A stretch of 44,728 nt of DNA from Escherichia coli (GTDB taxonomy: Bacteria > Pseudomonadota > Gammaproteobacteria > Enterobacterales > Enterobacteriaceae), in assembly GCF_003334315.1 (NCBI RefSeq), contig NZ_QOWR01000039.1. The stretch is one strand, 5' to 3'. Under the pieces are notes generated by a model. It was not told where the DNA came from and ran no database searches. It worked only from the letters and a program-made list of their open reading frames with translations. This document shows, piece after piece, positions 26,095 to 35,617 of this stretch. The position numbers and the translations under genes were made by a program. Each line of letters begins with the position of its first letter. Positions within the stretch are counted from its first letter, which is position 1.

Positions 26095-27522
26095 CTAGAC
26101 GATCTCTTCCGCGTACTGCCAAAGCGCTTTTAACAGCGCCACTTTTTCTTTATCGTCGGCATACTGCTGCGCCAGCATCTGAATCTCTTCTGCATAGCCT
26201 TGTAAAAACTCGGGTGTGAATACCTGGCGGCGGTGCTCCAGCCAGCGTTGCTGCTCGGCATAATCCAGCGTCCCCGGGAAGTTGCGCGCCCGATAATTGA
26301 ACAACAGTTTTTCAATTCGTTTATCAACAAAAGTGATATCCAGTGCCGGTAAATTACGTGGCTCGGTTTCCAGCACAATTTTCATTGCTGCGCGATCGGC
26401 GTCACTGAAAAAGCCGTTATAAAGCTGTGCATCCACGTTATCTGAAGGCGTAAACGGTTCGGCTTCCGCGAATATCGCCACCACTTTTTCGCGCACTTGC
26501 GGATTTTCACGCAGAATTTTTAGGTTATCGAGGCAATGCTGACGATTAATTCCCAGTCGGTCGGCATCTTCCGGGCGTAGCGTATTCGCCTGGGCCAGCA
26601 CCGGACATTTATTGATATGCACCAGCTTAACCGGAACGGCGGCGTTATCGCCAAGATCGGTTTTTGCGGTATATAAACGCTCGCGCAATGTGTCGCTATC
26701 CAGTTCCAGTAATGGCGAAATGTCTCCTGCCAAATCCACCATAATTACGGCATTGCGATTTTCTGGATGCCACGCCAGCGGTGCCACCCAGCTGGTATTG
26801 CCGCGCCATGCCCCAAACATTCCGGAAACGTGAACCAGGGGTTTCATCTGCGGAACATCAATCAACGCCATCAGTTTGTGTTTATTACGATGGGTAAAGA
26901 GATAATCAAACAGGCGTGGCTGACGCGTTTTTACCAGCTTTGCCATCGCAATAGTGGCGTACACATCAGCCATCGCATCGTGGGCGTTGCTATGTTCAAT
27001 ACCATTCGCTTTGGTTAAATGCTCAAGGCGAAAGCTCGGTAGACCGTCATCATTTTCAGGCCAGTTTATTCCTTCCGGGCGCAGGGCATAACAGGCACGC
27101 ATAACATCCAGTAAATCCCAGCGCGAGTTATCATGCTGCCAGCTCCAGGCGTAAGGATCGTAGAAATTACGATAAAAAACGTTGCGTGTGACTTCGTCGT
27201 CGAAACGCACATTGTTGTAGCCCAGAATACAGGTCTTCGGTACGTTAAAAAGCGAGTGAATACGGGCGGCAAACGCGGCTTCGTTTTCTCCTTTCGCCCG
27301 TGCTTCCTGCGGGGTAATACCGGTAATTAATACTGCTCCAGGCTGGGGCAAATAGTCATCCGCGGGCTTGCAGTAAAAGACTTCGGGTTCGCCGATGACA
27401 TTGAATTCGCTATCGGTGCGAATGGCTGCGAACTGTGCAGGGCGATCTAACGCGGGGTGCGTGCCAAAGGTTTCGTAATCGTGAAACAAAAAGGTAGATT
27501 GTTGCTTACCGTCATTCATCAT
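26095..27522 (-). CDS. sbcB: exodeoxyribonuclease I
   Basis: MMNDGKQQSTFLFHDYETFGTHPALDRPAQFAAIRTD.. matches ExoI (475 aa) from the ATG at 27522. The ORF-track start at 27594 is an upstream extension. Confidence 0.96.
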   Translation of the reverse strand: MMNDGKQQSTFLFHDYETFGTHPALDRPAQFAAIRTDSEFNVIGEPEVFYCKPADDYLPQPGAVLITGITPQEARAKGENEAAFAARIHSLFNVPKTCILGYNNVRFDDEVTRNVFYRNFYDPYAWSWQHDNSRWDLLDVMRACYALRPEGINWPENDDGLPSFRLEHLTKANGIEHSNAHDAMADVYATIAMAKLVKTRQPRLFDYLFTHRNKHKLMALIDVPQMKPLVHVSGMFGAWRGNTSWVAPLAWHPENRNAVIMVDLAGDISPLLELDSDTLRERLYTAKTDLGDNAAVPVKLVHINKCPVLAQANTLRPEDADRLGINRQHCLDNLKILRENPQVREKVVAIFAEAEPFTPSDNVDAQLYNGFFSDADRAAMKIVLETEPRNLPALDITFVDKRIEKLLFNYRARNFPGTLDYAEQQRWLEHRRQVFTPEFLQGYAEEIQMLAQQYADDKEKVALLKALWQYAEEIV

Positions 27523-27724
27523 TAGGTTAAATCCGTTATTTCTGCTGTCTGCCAGAGTATCAAATATCACCGTGCTAATCAGCTTTAGCGCCACAATTTG
27601 GCAGTTAGTGGCAACAGATCATGTCAGATAAAAATGAGAGGGTAGTCACATTTTCTTGCACTTTATTCCAGCCAGTTCATAAGTATTTCCGTAAAAAGAA
27701 CAGCTATTTGAAACTCCTGAGGGT

Positions 27725-28897
27725 TTGCTGTTGAAACGCCGTCTTATTATTGCTGCTTCTTTGTTCGTTTTTAACTTATCGTCTGGTTTTGCGGCGGAAA
27801 ACATTCCTTTTTCACCTCAGCCTCCAGAGATTCATGCCGGGTCCTGGGTACTGATGGATTACACCACCGGACAGATCCTCACCGCGGGTAATGAGCATCA
27901 ACAGCGCAATCCCGCCAGCCTGACAAAGCTGATGACGGGTTATGTCGTGGATCGCGCTATCGATAGTCATCGCATTACGCCAGACGATATTGTCACCGTG
28001 GGGCGCGATGCGTGGGCGAAAGATAATCCGGTGTTTGTCGGTTCTTCACTGATGTTTTTGAAAGAGGGCGATCGCGTATCGGTACGTGATTTAAGCCGTG
28101 GTTTAATTGTGGATTCCGGAAATGACGCTTGTGTTGCTCTGGCTGACTATATTGCCGGTGGGCAACGGCAGTTTGTTGAAATGATGAACAACTATGCCGA
28201 GAAGCTGCATCTCAAGGATACGCATTTTGAAACAGTGCATGGTCTGGATGCACCTGGCCAGCATAGCTCGGCTTATGATTTAGCTGTGCTTTCTCGCGCT
28301 ATCATCCACGGCGAGCCCGAGTTTTATCATATGTACAGTGAGAAAAGTCTCACTTGGAACGGTATCACCCAGCAAAACCGTAACGGGTTGTTGTGGGATA
28401 AAACCATGAATGTTGACGGCCTGAAAACGGGTCATACTTCTGGTGCCGGGTTTAATCTCATTGCTTCGGCTGTAGATGGGCAGCGTCGTCTCATTGCAGT
28501 GGTAATGGGGGCTGACAGTGCAAAAGGTCGTGAGGAAGAGGCAAGAAAATTACTGCGTTGGGGGCAACAAAACTTTACTACGGTGCAAATTTTGCACCGT
28601 GGGAAAAAGGTCGGAACGGAACGCATCTGGTATGGCGATAAAGAAAATATCGACCTGGGAACGGAACAAGAGTTCTGGATGGTGCTACCGAAAGCCGAAA
28701 TTCCACATATCAAAGCCAAATATACCCTTGATGGTAAAGAACTCACCGCGCCAATTAGCGCCCATCAGCGGGTAGGGGAAATTGAACTTTACGACCGTGA
28801 TAAACAGGTGGCGCACTGGCCGCTGGTTACCCTGGAATCTGTCGGGGAAGGCAGCATGTTTTCTCGCCTGAGTGATTATTTCCACCATAAGGCCTGA
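27725..28897 (+). CDS. dacD: D-alanyl-D-alanine carboxypeptidase PBP6b
   Basis: ..LLKRRLIIAASLFVFNLSSGFAAENIPFS..NPASLTKLMT.. has the SxxK motif and matches DacD. The start is non-ATG (TTG at 27725 or 27731), so the exact start is uncertain. Confidence 0.92.
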   Translation: MLLKRRLIIAASLFVFNLSSGFAAENIPFSPQPPEIHAGSWVLMDYTTGQILTAGNEHQQRNPASLTKLMTGYVVDRAIDSHRITPDDIVTVGRDAWAKDNPVFVGSSLMFLKEGDRVSVRDLSRGLIVDSGNDACVALADYIAGGQRQFVEMMNNYAEKLHLKDTHFETVHGLDAPGQHSSAYDLAVLSRAIIHGEPEFYHMYSEKSLTWNGITQQNRNGLLWDKTMNVDGLKTGHTSGAGFNLIASAVDGQRRLIAVVMGADSAKGREEEARKLLRWGQQNFTTVQILHRGKKVGTERIWYGDKENIDLGTEQEFWMVLPKAEIPHIKAKYTLDGKELTAPISAHQRVGEIELYDRDKQVAHWPLVTLESVGEGSMFSRLSDYFHHKA

Positions 28898-28981
28898 CCT
28901 TTCTTTTGCAGCAGACTGGCAGGAGTGCGAGTCTGCTCGCATAATCAACACTCATTCCTTGTGGTTTTAATTTTGCAACTA

Positions 28982-29001
28982 TACTGTATATAAAAACAGT
29001 A
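28982..29001. promoter_or_regulatory. LexA (SOS) box of sbmC
   Basis: TACTGTATATAAAAACAGTA is a near-perfect CTG-N10-CAG SOS box, 15 nt upstream of the sbmC ATG. Confidence 0.9.
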
Positions 29002-29015
29002 TCAATGGAGGCGTC

Positions 29016-29489
29016 ATGAACTACGAGATTAAGCAGGAAGATAAACGTACCGTTGCAGGTTTCCATCTCGTTGGCCCGTGGGAACAGACGGTAAAGAAAG
29101 GCTTTGAGCAGTTGATGATGTGGGTAGATAGCAAAAATATTGTGCCGAAGGAGTGGGTTGCTGTCTATTACGACAATCCAGATGAAACACCCGCCGAAAA
29201 ATTACGCTGCGACACCGTCGTGACGGTGCCGGGTTACTTTACGCTTCCCGAAAACAGTGAGGGCGTCATTCTGACAGAAATTACAGGTGGTCAGTATGCG
29301 GTGGCGGTAGCTCGTGTAGTCGGTGATGATTTTGCTAAACCCTGGTATCAGTTCTTTAATAGTCTCTTGCAGGACAGTGCTTATGAAATGTTACCAAAGC
29401 CCTGCTTCGAGGTTTATTTGAACAATGGCGCGGAAGATGGGTACTGGGATATCGAAATGTATGTTGCGGTGCAGCCAAAACATCACTAA
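29016..29489 (+). CDS. sbmC: DNA gyrase inhibitor SbmC/GyrI
   Basis: [37 protein letters not shown].. matches SbmC (157 aa). Confidence 0.95.
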   Translation: MNYEIKQEDKRTVAGFHLVGPWEQTVKKGFEQLMMWVDSKNIVPKEWVAVYYDNPDETPAEKLRCDTVVTVPGYFTLPENSEGVILTEITGGQYAVAVARVVGDDFAKPWYQFFNSLLQDSAYEMLPKPCFEVYLNNGAEDGYWDIEMYVAVQPKHH

Positions 29490-29686
29490 TTTATCTCAGG
29501 GCGGTGTGTTAACGCGATGACCACTCTTTTTTTTGAAAGCGAAAAGAGTAAGATGCGCCTTTCAATTTTTTCGCTCCTGCCGGGAAATTACACTGTTCCC
29601 GGTTTGTCCGTCGGATAATTCAGAGGCGCGCCTTCTGGCCGACAGATGAGTTATGAGCGCTTTTAATCTCATTACGGAGTTTCTGC

Positions 29687-30745
29687 GTGCGTGCCGATAA
29701 GTCATTAAGCCCGTTTGAAATCCGGGTATACCGCCATTACCGCATTGTGCATGGTACTCGGGTCGCGCTGGCATTCCTGCTCACTTTTCTCATTATCCGC
29801 CTGTTTACTATCCCGGAAAGCACCTGGCCGCTGGTCACCATGGTGGTGATTATGGGGCCAATCTCGTTCTGGGGGAACGTTGTCCCTCGCGCATTCGAAC
29901 GTATTGGCGGTACGATGTTGGGGTCGATTTTAGGTCTTATCGCTCTGCAACTGGAGTTAATCTCGTTACCGCTGATGTTAGTCTGGTGCGCGGCGGCTAT
30001 GTTTCTTTGCGGTTGGCTGGCGCTGGGCAAGAAACCGTATCAAGGTTTATTGATTGGGGTGACGCTGGCAATTGTTGTTGGTTCCCCGACAGGTGAAATT
30101 AATACGGCGTTATGGCGAAGCGGCGATGTGATCCTCGGCTCTTTACTGGCAATGTTGTTTACCGGTATCTGGCCACAACGGGCGTTCATCCACTGGCGCA
30201 TTCAACTGGCAAAAAGTCTGACCGAGTATAATCGGGTCTATCAATCTGCATTCTCACCGAACTTACTCGAACGCCCGCGTCTGGAAAGCCATCTACAAAA
30301 ACTCCTGACCGATGCCGTGAAAATGCGTGGGCTGATTGCGCCCGCCAGCAAAGAAACCCGTATTCCAAAATCGATATATGAAGGTATCCAGACCATTAAT
30401 CGCAATCTGGTTTGTATGCTGGAGTTGCAAATCAATGCATACTGGGCCACGCGCCCCAGCCATTTCGTGTTATTGAACGCGCAAAAACTTCGTGATACCC
30501 AGCATATGATGCAGCAAATACTGCTGAGCCTTGTTCATGCGCTGTACGAAGGTAATCCGCAGCCGGTTTTTGCCAATACGGAAAAATTGAACGATGCTGT
30601 GGAAGAGCTGCGTCAGTTGCTGAATAACCACCATGACCTGAAGGTTGTGGAAACACCAATCTATGGTTATGTGTGGCTGAACATGGAAACGGCACATCAG
30701 CTTGAGTTGCTATCGAATCTGATTTGCCGGGCCTTGCGCAAATAA
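29687..30745 (+). CDS. yeeA: inner-membrane FUSC-like protein YeeA
   Basis: MRADKSLSPFEIRVYRHYRIVHGTRVALAFLL.. matches YeeA (352 aa), with a GTG start. Confidence 0.9.
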   Translation: MRADKSLSPFEIRVYRHYRIVHGTRVALAFLLTFLIIRLFTIPESTWPLVTMVVIMGPISFWGNVVPRAFERIGGTMLGSILGLIALQLELISLPLMLVWCAAAMFLCGWLALGKKPYQGLLIGVTLAIVVGSPTGEINTALWRSGDVILGSLLAMLFTGIWPQRAFIHWRIQLAKSLTEYNRVYQSAFSPNLLERPRLESHLQKLLTDAVKMRGLIAPASKETRIPKSIYEGIQTINRNLVCMLELQINAYWATRPSHFVLLNAQKLRDTQHMMQQILLSLVHALYEGNPQPVFANTEKLNDAVEELRQLLNNHHDLKVVETPIYGYVWLNMETAHQLELLSNLICRALRK

Positions 30746-30916
30746 TTCCTGAACTTCAGAATCATCTTGCTGCTGCTTCGATTCAGCAAGGATAAAGGGT
30801 ATGATAGTGAAAAGGGATAAAAGCATTGTCATCTGCGGCAGCTATGAGTAATGTTGGCCCTAACGAATAGCGGTTGCTTAAACGAATCCGACTCTCACAT
30901 TATCAGGGGTATAAAA

Positions 30917-31246
30917 ATGGAAACTACCAAGCCTTCATTCCAGGACGTACTGGAATTTGTTCGTCTGTTCCGTCGTAAGAACAAACTGCAACGTGAAATT
31001 CAGGACGTTGAGAAAAAGATCCGTGACAACCAGAAGCGCGTCCTGTTGCTGGACAACCTGAGCGATTACATCAAGCCAGGGATGAGCGTTGAAGCAATCC
31101 AGGGCATCATCGCCAGCATGAAAGGTGACTATGAAGATCGCGTTGACGATTACATCATCAAAAATGCCGAGCTCTCCAAAGAACGCCGCGATATCTCCAA
31201 AAAGCTGAAAGCTATGGGCGAAATGAAAAACGGCGAAGCGAAGTAA
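30917..31246 (+). CDS. yeeX: UPF0265 protein YeeX
   Basis: [39 protein letters not shown].. matches YeeX (109 aa) from the ATG at 30917. Confidence 0.93.
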   Translation: METTKPSFQDVLEFVRLFRRKNKLQREIQDVEKKIRDNQKRVLLLDNLSDYIKPGMSVEAIQGIIASMKGDYEDRVDDYIIKNAELSKERRDISKKLKAMGEMKNGEAK

Positions 31247-31346
31247 TTCCCGTTTTATTCAATGAGGGTTGCCCGGCAACCCTCATTGCTCATTGATTCT
31301 TATCTGTGTATCACCGTCATCATTCTCATCTGAGAACCAATCGAAA

Positions 31347-31703
31347 TTAACAACAGCCTTCTTCTGTATGCAGCAAGGCAAAAAGTTCTGTAACTCCATT
31401 GTTATTAACTGCACTGGTTACTAACACGTTGTGCGCTCCAGCTTCCCGTAACCAACTTTTCACCAAAGATATTTGTTCCATGCTGGCTAAATCTGCTTTG
31501 GTTACTACTCCAATGACCGGGTGATTCATGGCCCGGTAGGGCGTTTTTACCTCTAATTCCTGCTTCAGCGCTGAGATTCCTGCTTGTTGCCGGAAAAGCA
31601 GGCACCTGCCGTCTGAACGGTATCGATCCGGAAGCGTATCTGCGCCATATTCTGAGCATACTGCCGGAATGGCCCTCCAACCGTGTTGACGAACTCCTGC
31701 CAT
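31347..31703 (-). pseudogene. yoeF: yoeF-like ORF: a C-terminal fragment of an EutP/PduV-type GTPase fused to sequence antisense to an IS66 remnant
   Basis: The C-terminal part ..HPVIGVVTKADLASMEQISLVKSWLREAGAHNVLVTSAVNNNGVTELF.. resembles the C-terminus of EutP/PduV. The first ~37 codons are simply the antisense of the IS66 transposase fragment. The position next to yeeX matches K-12 yoeF. Confidence 0.6.
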
Positions 31704-31759
31704 GGAACGTAGTTCTCACCAATAAATAAGCGTCAATACGGTGCTCCGTTGACGCTTAC
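31598..31759 (+). mobile_element. IS66-family remnant: last ~43 codons of the transposase plus the terminal inverted repeat
   Basis: The frame ending at the TAA (31727-31729) reads ..GTCRLNGIDPEAYLRHILSILPEWPSNRVDELLPWNVVLTNK*, a typical IS66 TnpC C-terminus. The sequence then ends ..CGCTTAC at 31753-31759, and IS66-family ends are GTAAGCG/CGCTTAC. The start coordinate is approximate. Confidence 0.7.
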
Positions 31760-31956
31760 TTTAATCCGTTTTCTGAGCTTAGATTTTTCTGTTCCTACCC
31801 AGACCGTGGATTTGGAATTCATTTTTTGTCAGGTCAATGCTAATCGTTAAAACGGCCATAACGCACCTCCACTGGAAGGTTTATCAGTAATATCCTACCG
31901 TTGCTTCATGGTCGGGGCGTCCATTCCATTATTATCGGTTTTCCTTTCTGTTTATA

Positions 31957-31988
31957 AATGAAAACGCCAGCTGTATTCAGGCTGGCGT
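31957..31988 (-). terminator. putative terminator of the cbeA-cbtA-yeeW transcription unit
   Basis: On the minus strand, ACGCCAGC-ctgaataca-GCTGGCGT is followed by TTTTCATTT. Confidence 0.5.
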
Positions 31989-32143
31989 CAGGGGAAATGA
32001 AGCCTGTTGAGTGAGATTCACCGGTTCTGGTGCAGAAGCTGCAGATGGCGCAGGGTAAGGACATCTTCTCTTGCCTGCTTAATACAGGACAACAGTGCTG
32101 TTTCTGTGGTTAATGGCACTATACCCTGCATCACTGCATTGTC

Positions 32144-32338
32144 TTACAGCAACTGGTGAGGGCTGGCATAAGTTGCCGGTGTTTCGGTAGAGTCACGGTC
32201 ATCCACCACGCGGAGTGAATAACCTTTTTCAGCGGCCTTATTAATCAGTTCAGTGATATTAACACCATCAATGTCAACGGCAATGTGCCCCATATCCAGC
32301 GCCTGTACGTTAACGCTGTCGGCTTCCAGTGTCATCAT
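32144..32338 (-). CDS. yeeW: CP4-44-type small protein YeeW
   Basis: MMTLEADSVNVQALDMGHIAVDIDGVNITELINKAAEKGYSLRVVDDRDSTETPATYASPHQLL is near-identical to K-12 YeeW (64 aa). Confidence 0.85.
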   Translation of the reverse strand: MMTLEADSVNVQALDMGHIAVDIDGVNITELINKAAEKGYSLRVVDDRDSTETPATYASPHQLL

Positions 32339-32708
32339 TTCGCCTCCGGATACTTACCCAGGGTAATGTTATTTACCGTTCTGTAATTGTCGCGGGTCAT
32401 CAGGCCGGTCGCCCTGCGAGCCCGGAGGATATCGATGCTGTTTATTAACTGAGAGCGGGTACAGGCGCTGAATCCCGGCTGGTCGGTAGCACCAGCGCGT
32501 ATTTTTCCACGAGAAAGTTCACCGCATCACACAGTGAAATGCCTGCCTCAATATGCTGCTCAATCACACGTTCATCGGCAAAAGGTGTGTCATTCAGTGT
32601 GAGGCCATAGTGCTGGTCCAGCAGTCGGGACAGCAGTATCTGCCAGATTTCAACAGGAGACGGGCGAGAACTGGTCGCCTGCCCGGGTAATACAGGTAAT
32701 GTTTTCAT
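32335..32708 (-). pseudogene. cbtA: cytoskeleton-binding toxin CbtA (YeeV), inactivated by a 1-nt deletion
   Basis: The first 73 aa ([73 protein letters not shown]) match CbtA, after which the frame breaks (..[14 protein letters not shown]). Inserting one base near 32488-32490 restores [51 protein letters not shown], whose stop overlaps the yeeW ATG. Confidence 0.85.
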
Positions 32709-32796
32709 ACTGAAGATTTTCCTGATATGCAGATATAAAAATGGAAAAGTGGCGTGGTGAAAACACCAGGCCGTAGCAGAAGGCTATTCTGGAGAG

Positions 32797-33165
32797 TTAA
32801 TTTTTCATTTCGGGCGTCGGATAAACAGCCAGATAAACGTAACCACAACTGCTGAGGGTATCGGCTTTGCAGGTCAGCCCTTTTGCATACAGCGTGACGG
32901 TATGCTGATGGCGGGGATTCAGTTCACCGCTGGTGAGCATGAGTTCCAGTTGTTTCATCAGCAGCGGAAAGGCCTGGTCCAGGTGGTACGCATCTGCATC
33001 GCTGAACAGGCCTCTGATACCGGCGCGGTCGGCAAGGTAATGCAACCGGTTACCCTCCTGCACCAGACGTGCCCCGAAACAGGGCGTCACGGTGCAGGGC
33101 AGCCCCCACCAGGGGCGGTCGTGATTGTCGTCGGGAAGTGTTGTCCCGGGGAGTGTGTCTGACAC
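32797..33165 (-). CDS. cbeA: antitoxin CbeA (YeeU)
   Basis: MSDTLPGTTLPDDNHDRPWWGLPCTVTPCFGARLVQEGNRLHYLADRAG.. matches CbeA (122 aa). Confidence 0.93.
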   Translation of the reverse strand: MSDTLPGTTLPDDNHDRPWWGLPCTVTPCFGARLVQEGNRLHYLADRAGIRGLFSDADAYHLDQAFPLLMKQLELMLTSGELNPRHQHTVTLYAKGLTCKADTLSSCGYVYLAVYPTPEMKN

Positions 33166-33238
33166 GATAAAATCCTTACAGAAAATCGGCTAAGAATGGT
33201 CCGGTAGTGGCGATAATTCTGCTCATCAGAATTCCCAC

Positions 33239-33460
33239 TCAGTTCAGGGTGACGCTCATCAGCCGGACATACGGACCAAAACTGTCCTTACGGCGTTCAG
33301 CAAACACGGCCAGCACACCGGGAATATCCTGCACTTCACGACCGGTATACGCTTCAGCACTGCCGTGCCAGCGGTATTTACCGGTACAGAACGGAAAAAG
33401 ACGGGATGTCGGATGTTGTTGGTGAATACGCATGGCTTCACCACGGGTGATAATTTTCAT
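33239..33460 (-). CDS. yeeT: DUF987 protein YeeT
   Basis: MKIITRGEAMRIHQQHPTSRLFPFCTGKYRWHGSAEAYTGREVQDIPG.. matches YeeT (73 aa). Confidence 0.9.
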   Translation of the reverse strand: MKIITRGEAMRIHQQHPTSRLFPFCTGKYRWHGSAEAYTGREVQDIPGVLAVFAERRKDSFGPYVRLMSVTLN

Positions 33461-33522
33461 AATGGGATACCTCTGAAGACAGAAGATAAAAGTGAAAACA
33501 GGTGTGATGTGGTTGTGAAGGG

Positions 33523-33999
33523 TTAAAGCAGACCATGTTCGGCAAAGGAGAAAACCTGGTTGCCACCGACTATCAGATGGTCCGGCACCCGGATATCCAC
33601 CAGGCCCAGTGCCTGTACCAGACGTTCCGTGATAAGGCGGTCTGCCTTACTGGGTGTGACTTCACCGGAGGGGTGATTGTGTGCCAGCACCACGGCAGCG
33701 GCATTGTGGTACAGGGCGCGTTTAATCACTTCCCGGGGATGGACTTCCGTGCGGTTGATGGTGCCGGTAAAGAGGGTTTCACCGGCAATCAGTTGATTCT
33801 GGTTATTCAGATACAGCACCCGGAATTCTTCACGCTCCAGTCCCGCCATGTTCAGAATCAGCCATTCCCGTGCTGCACGGGTGGAGGTGAAGGCCACGCC
33901 GGGTTCATGAAGATGGCGGTCCAGGGTTTTCAGGGCCCGTTGAATGAGGCTGCGCTCGCCGGGCGTCATCTCTCCGGGCAGAAAGGAAAGTTGTTGCAT
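33523..33999 (-). CDS. yeeS: RadC-like JAB-domain protein YeeS
   Basis: MQQLSFLPGEMTPGERSLIQRALKTLD..VLAHNHPSGEVTPSKAD.. has the JAMM motif HxHPSG. The ATG at 33999 is preceded by GGAGAG; the ORF-track start at 34014 has no SD. Confidence 0.88.
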   Translation of the reverse strand: MQQLSFLPGEMTPGERSLIQRALKTLDRHLHEPGVAFTSTRAAREWLILNMAGLEREEFRVLYLNNQNQLIAGETLFTGTINRTEVHPREVIKRALYHNAAAVVLAHNHPSGEVTPSKADRLITERLVQALGLVDIRVPDHLIVGGNQVFSFAEHGLL

Positions 34000-34014
34000 T
34001 GTGCTTCTCTCCAT

Positions 34015-34494
34015 TCAGTCGATGATGCGCATAATGGCGCTGCATTCCGGATGCTGCAGGGCGTAATCCCGCAACCGGTAATAATGGACCGTCATGGCAT
34101 AATTCTCCGTACGACAGGCATGATGACTGTACGTCATCAGACAGGCGGCAATACCGGCGGCTTCCGGGCTCATTTCTGCGCGGTTACCGTTCATGGCATT
34201 GAACAGTACCCATGTTTCGTCATCATCGTCATCCGGTTCGGGTGCCATAAATGCCCCGCCGTTGTTCAGGGTGTACAGATTCCAGATACCACCGCAGTAG
34301 TCTTCGCACAGACGGTCCATCCAGCCGAAGACACGGGGCTCCAGGGTCACCCACTGTGGAATGAGGCCAAAATGCTGCGGCCAGAAGCTGATGCGCTGTT
34401 CATCAGGGACGAGGCTGGCAACCAACTGAGGCGGATTATTCTCTGGTGTTGTAGCTGAATAAATTGTGGGGGTATTCTGAGAAACGGTTTTCAT
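34015..34494 (-). CDS. antirestriction protein, KlcA/ArdB family (YfjX/YafX-like)
   Basis: ..RISFWPQHFGLIPQWVTLEPRVFGWMDRLCEDYCGGIWNLYTLNNGGAFMAPE.. is typical of the YfjX/YafX antirestriction family. It occupies the usual island position upstream of the radC-like gene. Confidence 0.8.
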   Translation of the reverse strand: MKTVSQNTPTIYSATTPENNPPQLVASLVPDEQRISFWPQHFGLIPQWVTLEPRVFGWMDRLCEDYCGGIWNLYTLNNGGAFMAPEPDDDDDETWVLFNAMNGNRAEMSPEAAGIAACLMTYSHHACRTENYAMTVHYYRLRDYALQHPECSAIMRIID

Positions 34495-34575
34495 GAGATA
34501 ACTCCTTAAATAACAAATAAATGTGTGTTTTTCAGGAACGAAAGCTGAATGATTCCCTCACTCAGGGAAACGGCA

Positions 34576-35397
34576 TCAGCGCAGGCTCTCCAGCATCGTT
34601 TCTGCCATCACCCACAATGCGCGATTGAGCTTAATGTCGGTATCAATGCTGTGAATGGCCCGGGTATGGATACGTTTTCCTTTTGCACTGCGACCGGAAA
34701 TCCCGCCTTTCAGCATATTCTCCTGGATGGTCTGATATGCGCTCCACAGGTCCTTACCGTAATCCTCCCGGCGTCGCGGCGTCAGAATGTCGGCGGTGGT
34801 GACGGGCTGATGTTCGTCACCATAACGGTAAGTCAGTGCCGCCTGTGCCAGCGCCTGGCGTGCCGGTGGCGGCAGGACCAGCGATTGCATGGCATCACGC
34901 TTCTCCTCTATCCGGTCAAACACGCCCACCACCTCGTAAGCCCCTTCAATGACTCTGTCCACCACATTTCCCCGGTGCGGAACACGCACTTCCCCCAGAG
35001 ACTGACCACAGACGCAGCCGTTCTGGCAGACGAACCTGAAGTAACCCGGCAGCATCTGGTAGCTGGAGGTACCGTCATGAGAGTTGAGCAGAATAATTTC
35101 AGGGACATGTTCTCCGTTTATCTCTCCGGCCCGCCGCAGACGCAGCATGTGTTTGGTATATTCCCGGCGGCTCTGGTCGCGCACACGGGTCTGGCAGGCG
35201 AAGAACGGCTGAAAGCCTTCCCGCTGCAGATTTTCCAGGACGGTAATGGTGGGAATGTACGCATACCGTTCACTGCGGGAGGTGTGCCGGTCTTCCCCAA
35301 AAATACTGGGTACATGGCGTATCAGTTCTTCATGTGTCAGCGGACGGTCACGGCGTATCTGGTTTGCAGCATAACCAAAACGACTGGCTAATCGCAT
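34576..35397 (-). CDS. DUF932 (UPF0380) protein, YafZ/YfjQ-like
   Basis: MRLASRFGYAANQIRRDRPLTHEELIRHVPSIFGEDRHTSRSERYAYIPT.. matches the YafZ/YfjQ family and is 273 aa, the same length as those proteins. Confidence 0.85.
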   Translation of the reverse strand: MRLASRFGYAANQIRRDRPLTHEELIRHVPSIFGEDRHTSRSERYAYIPTITVLENLQREGFQPFFACQTRVRDQSRREYTKHMLRLRRAGEINGEHVPEIILLNSHDGTSSYQMLPGYFRFVCQNGCVCGQSLGEVRVPHRGNVVDRVIEGAYEVVGVFDRIEEKRDAMQSLVLPPPARQALAQAALTYRYGDEHQPVTTADILTPRRREDYGKDLWSAYQTIQENMLKGGISGRSAKGKRIHTRAIHSIDTDIKLNRALWVMAETMLESLR

Positions 35398-35442
35398 ACT
35401 TTGCTCCTTATCGGTGGTTAAGATTTACTGGTGCAATAAATG

Positions 35443-35474
35443 AAAAAAGCCGCGTCTCCCGGAGAAGACGCGGC
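35443..35474 (-). terminator. rho-independent terminator after the secreted-protein gene pair
   Basis: On the minus strand, GCCGCGTCT-tctccggg-AGACGCGGC is followed by TTTTTTC. Confidence 0.8.
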
Positions 35475-35617
35475 CTGACGGGTGAAATGAATAAGGTTTA
35501 TTGTCTGAGAGGCCTTTCACTGGCGAGCCACGCATTAAGCGGCTTTCCGGTAACAATGGCTGGGGCTGTATTTACCTTTGATATTAATAATGTGCAGAGA
35601 AACGCATGGTTTACTCC

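Noticed and set aside
31261-31287. A perfect 13-bp inverted repeat (AATGAGGGTTGCC/GGCAACCCTCATT) after yeeX, considered as an island attachment site.
   Set aside because: It sits where a yeeX transcription terminator-like hairpin is expected, although it lacks a T tail. I found no matching repeat elsewhere in the window.
32018-32131. A 37-codon ORF (MQGIVPLTTETALLSCIKQAREDVLTLRHLQLLHQNR) between yeeW and the terminator.
   Set aside because: It has no SD and I recognise no family. It could be a real small island protein, but the sequence alone does not support a call.
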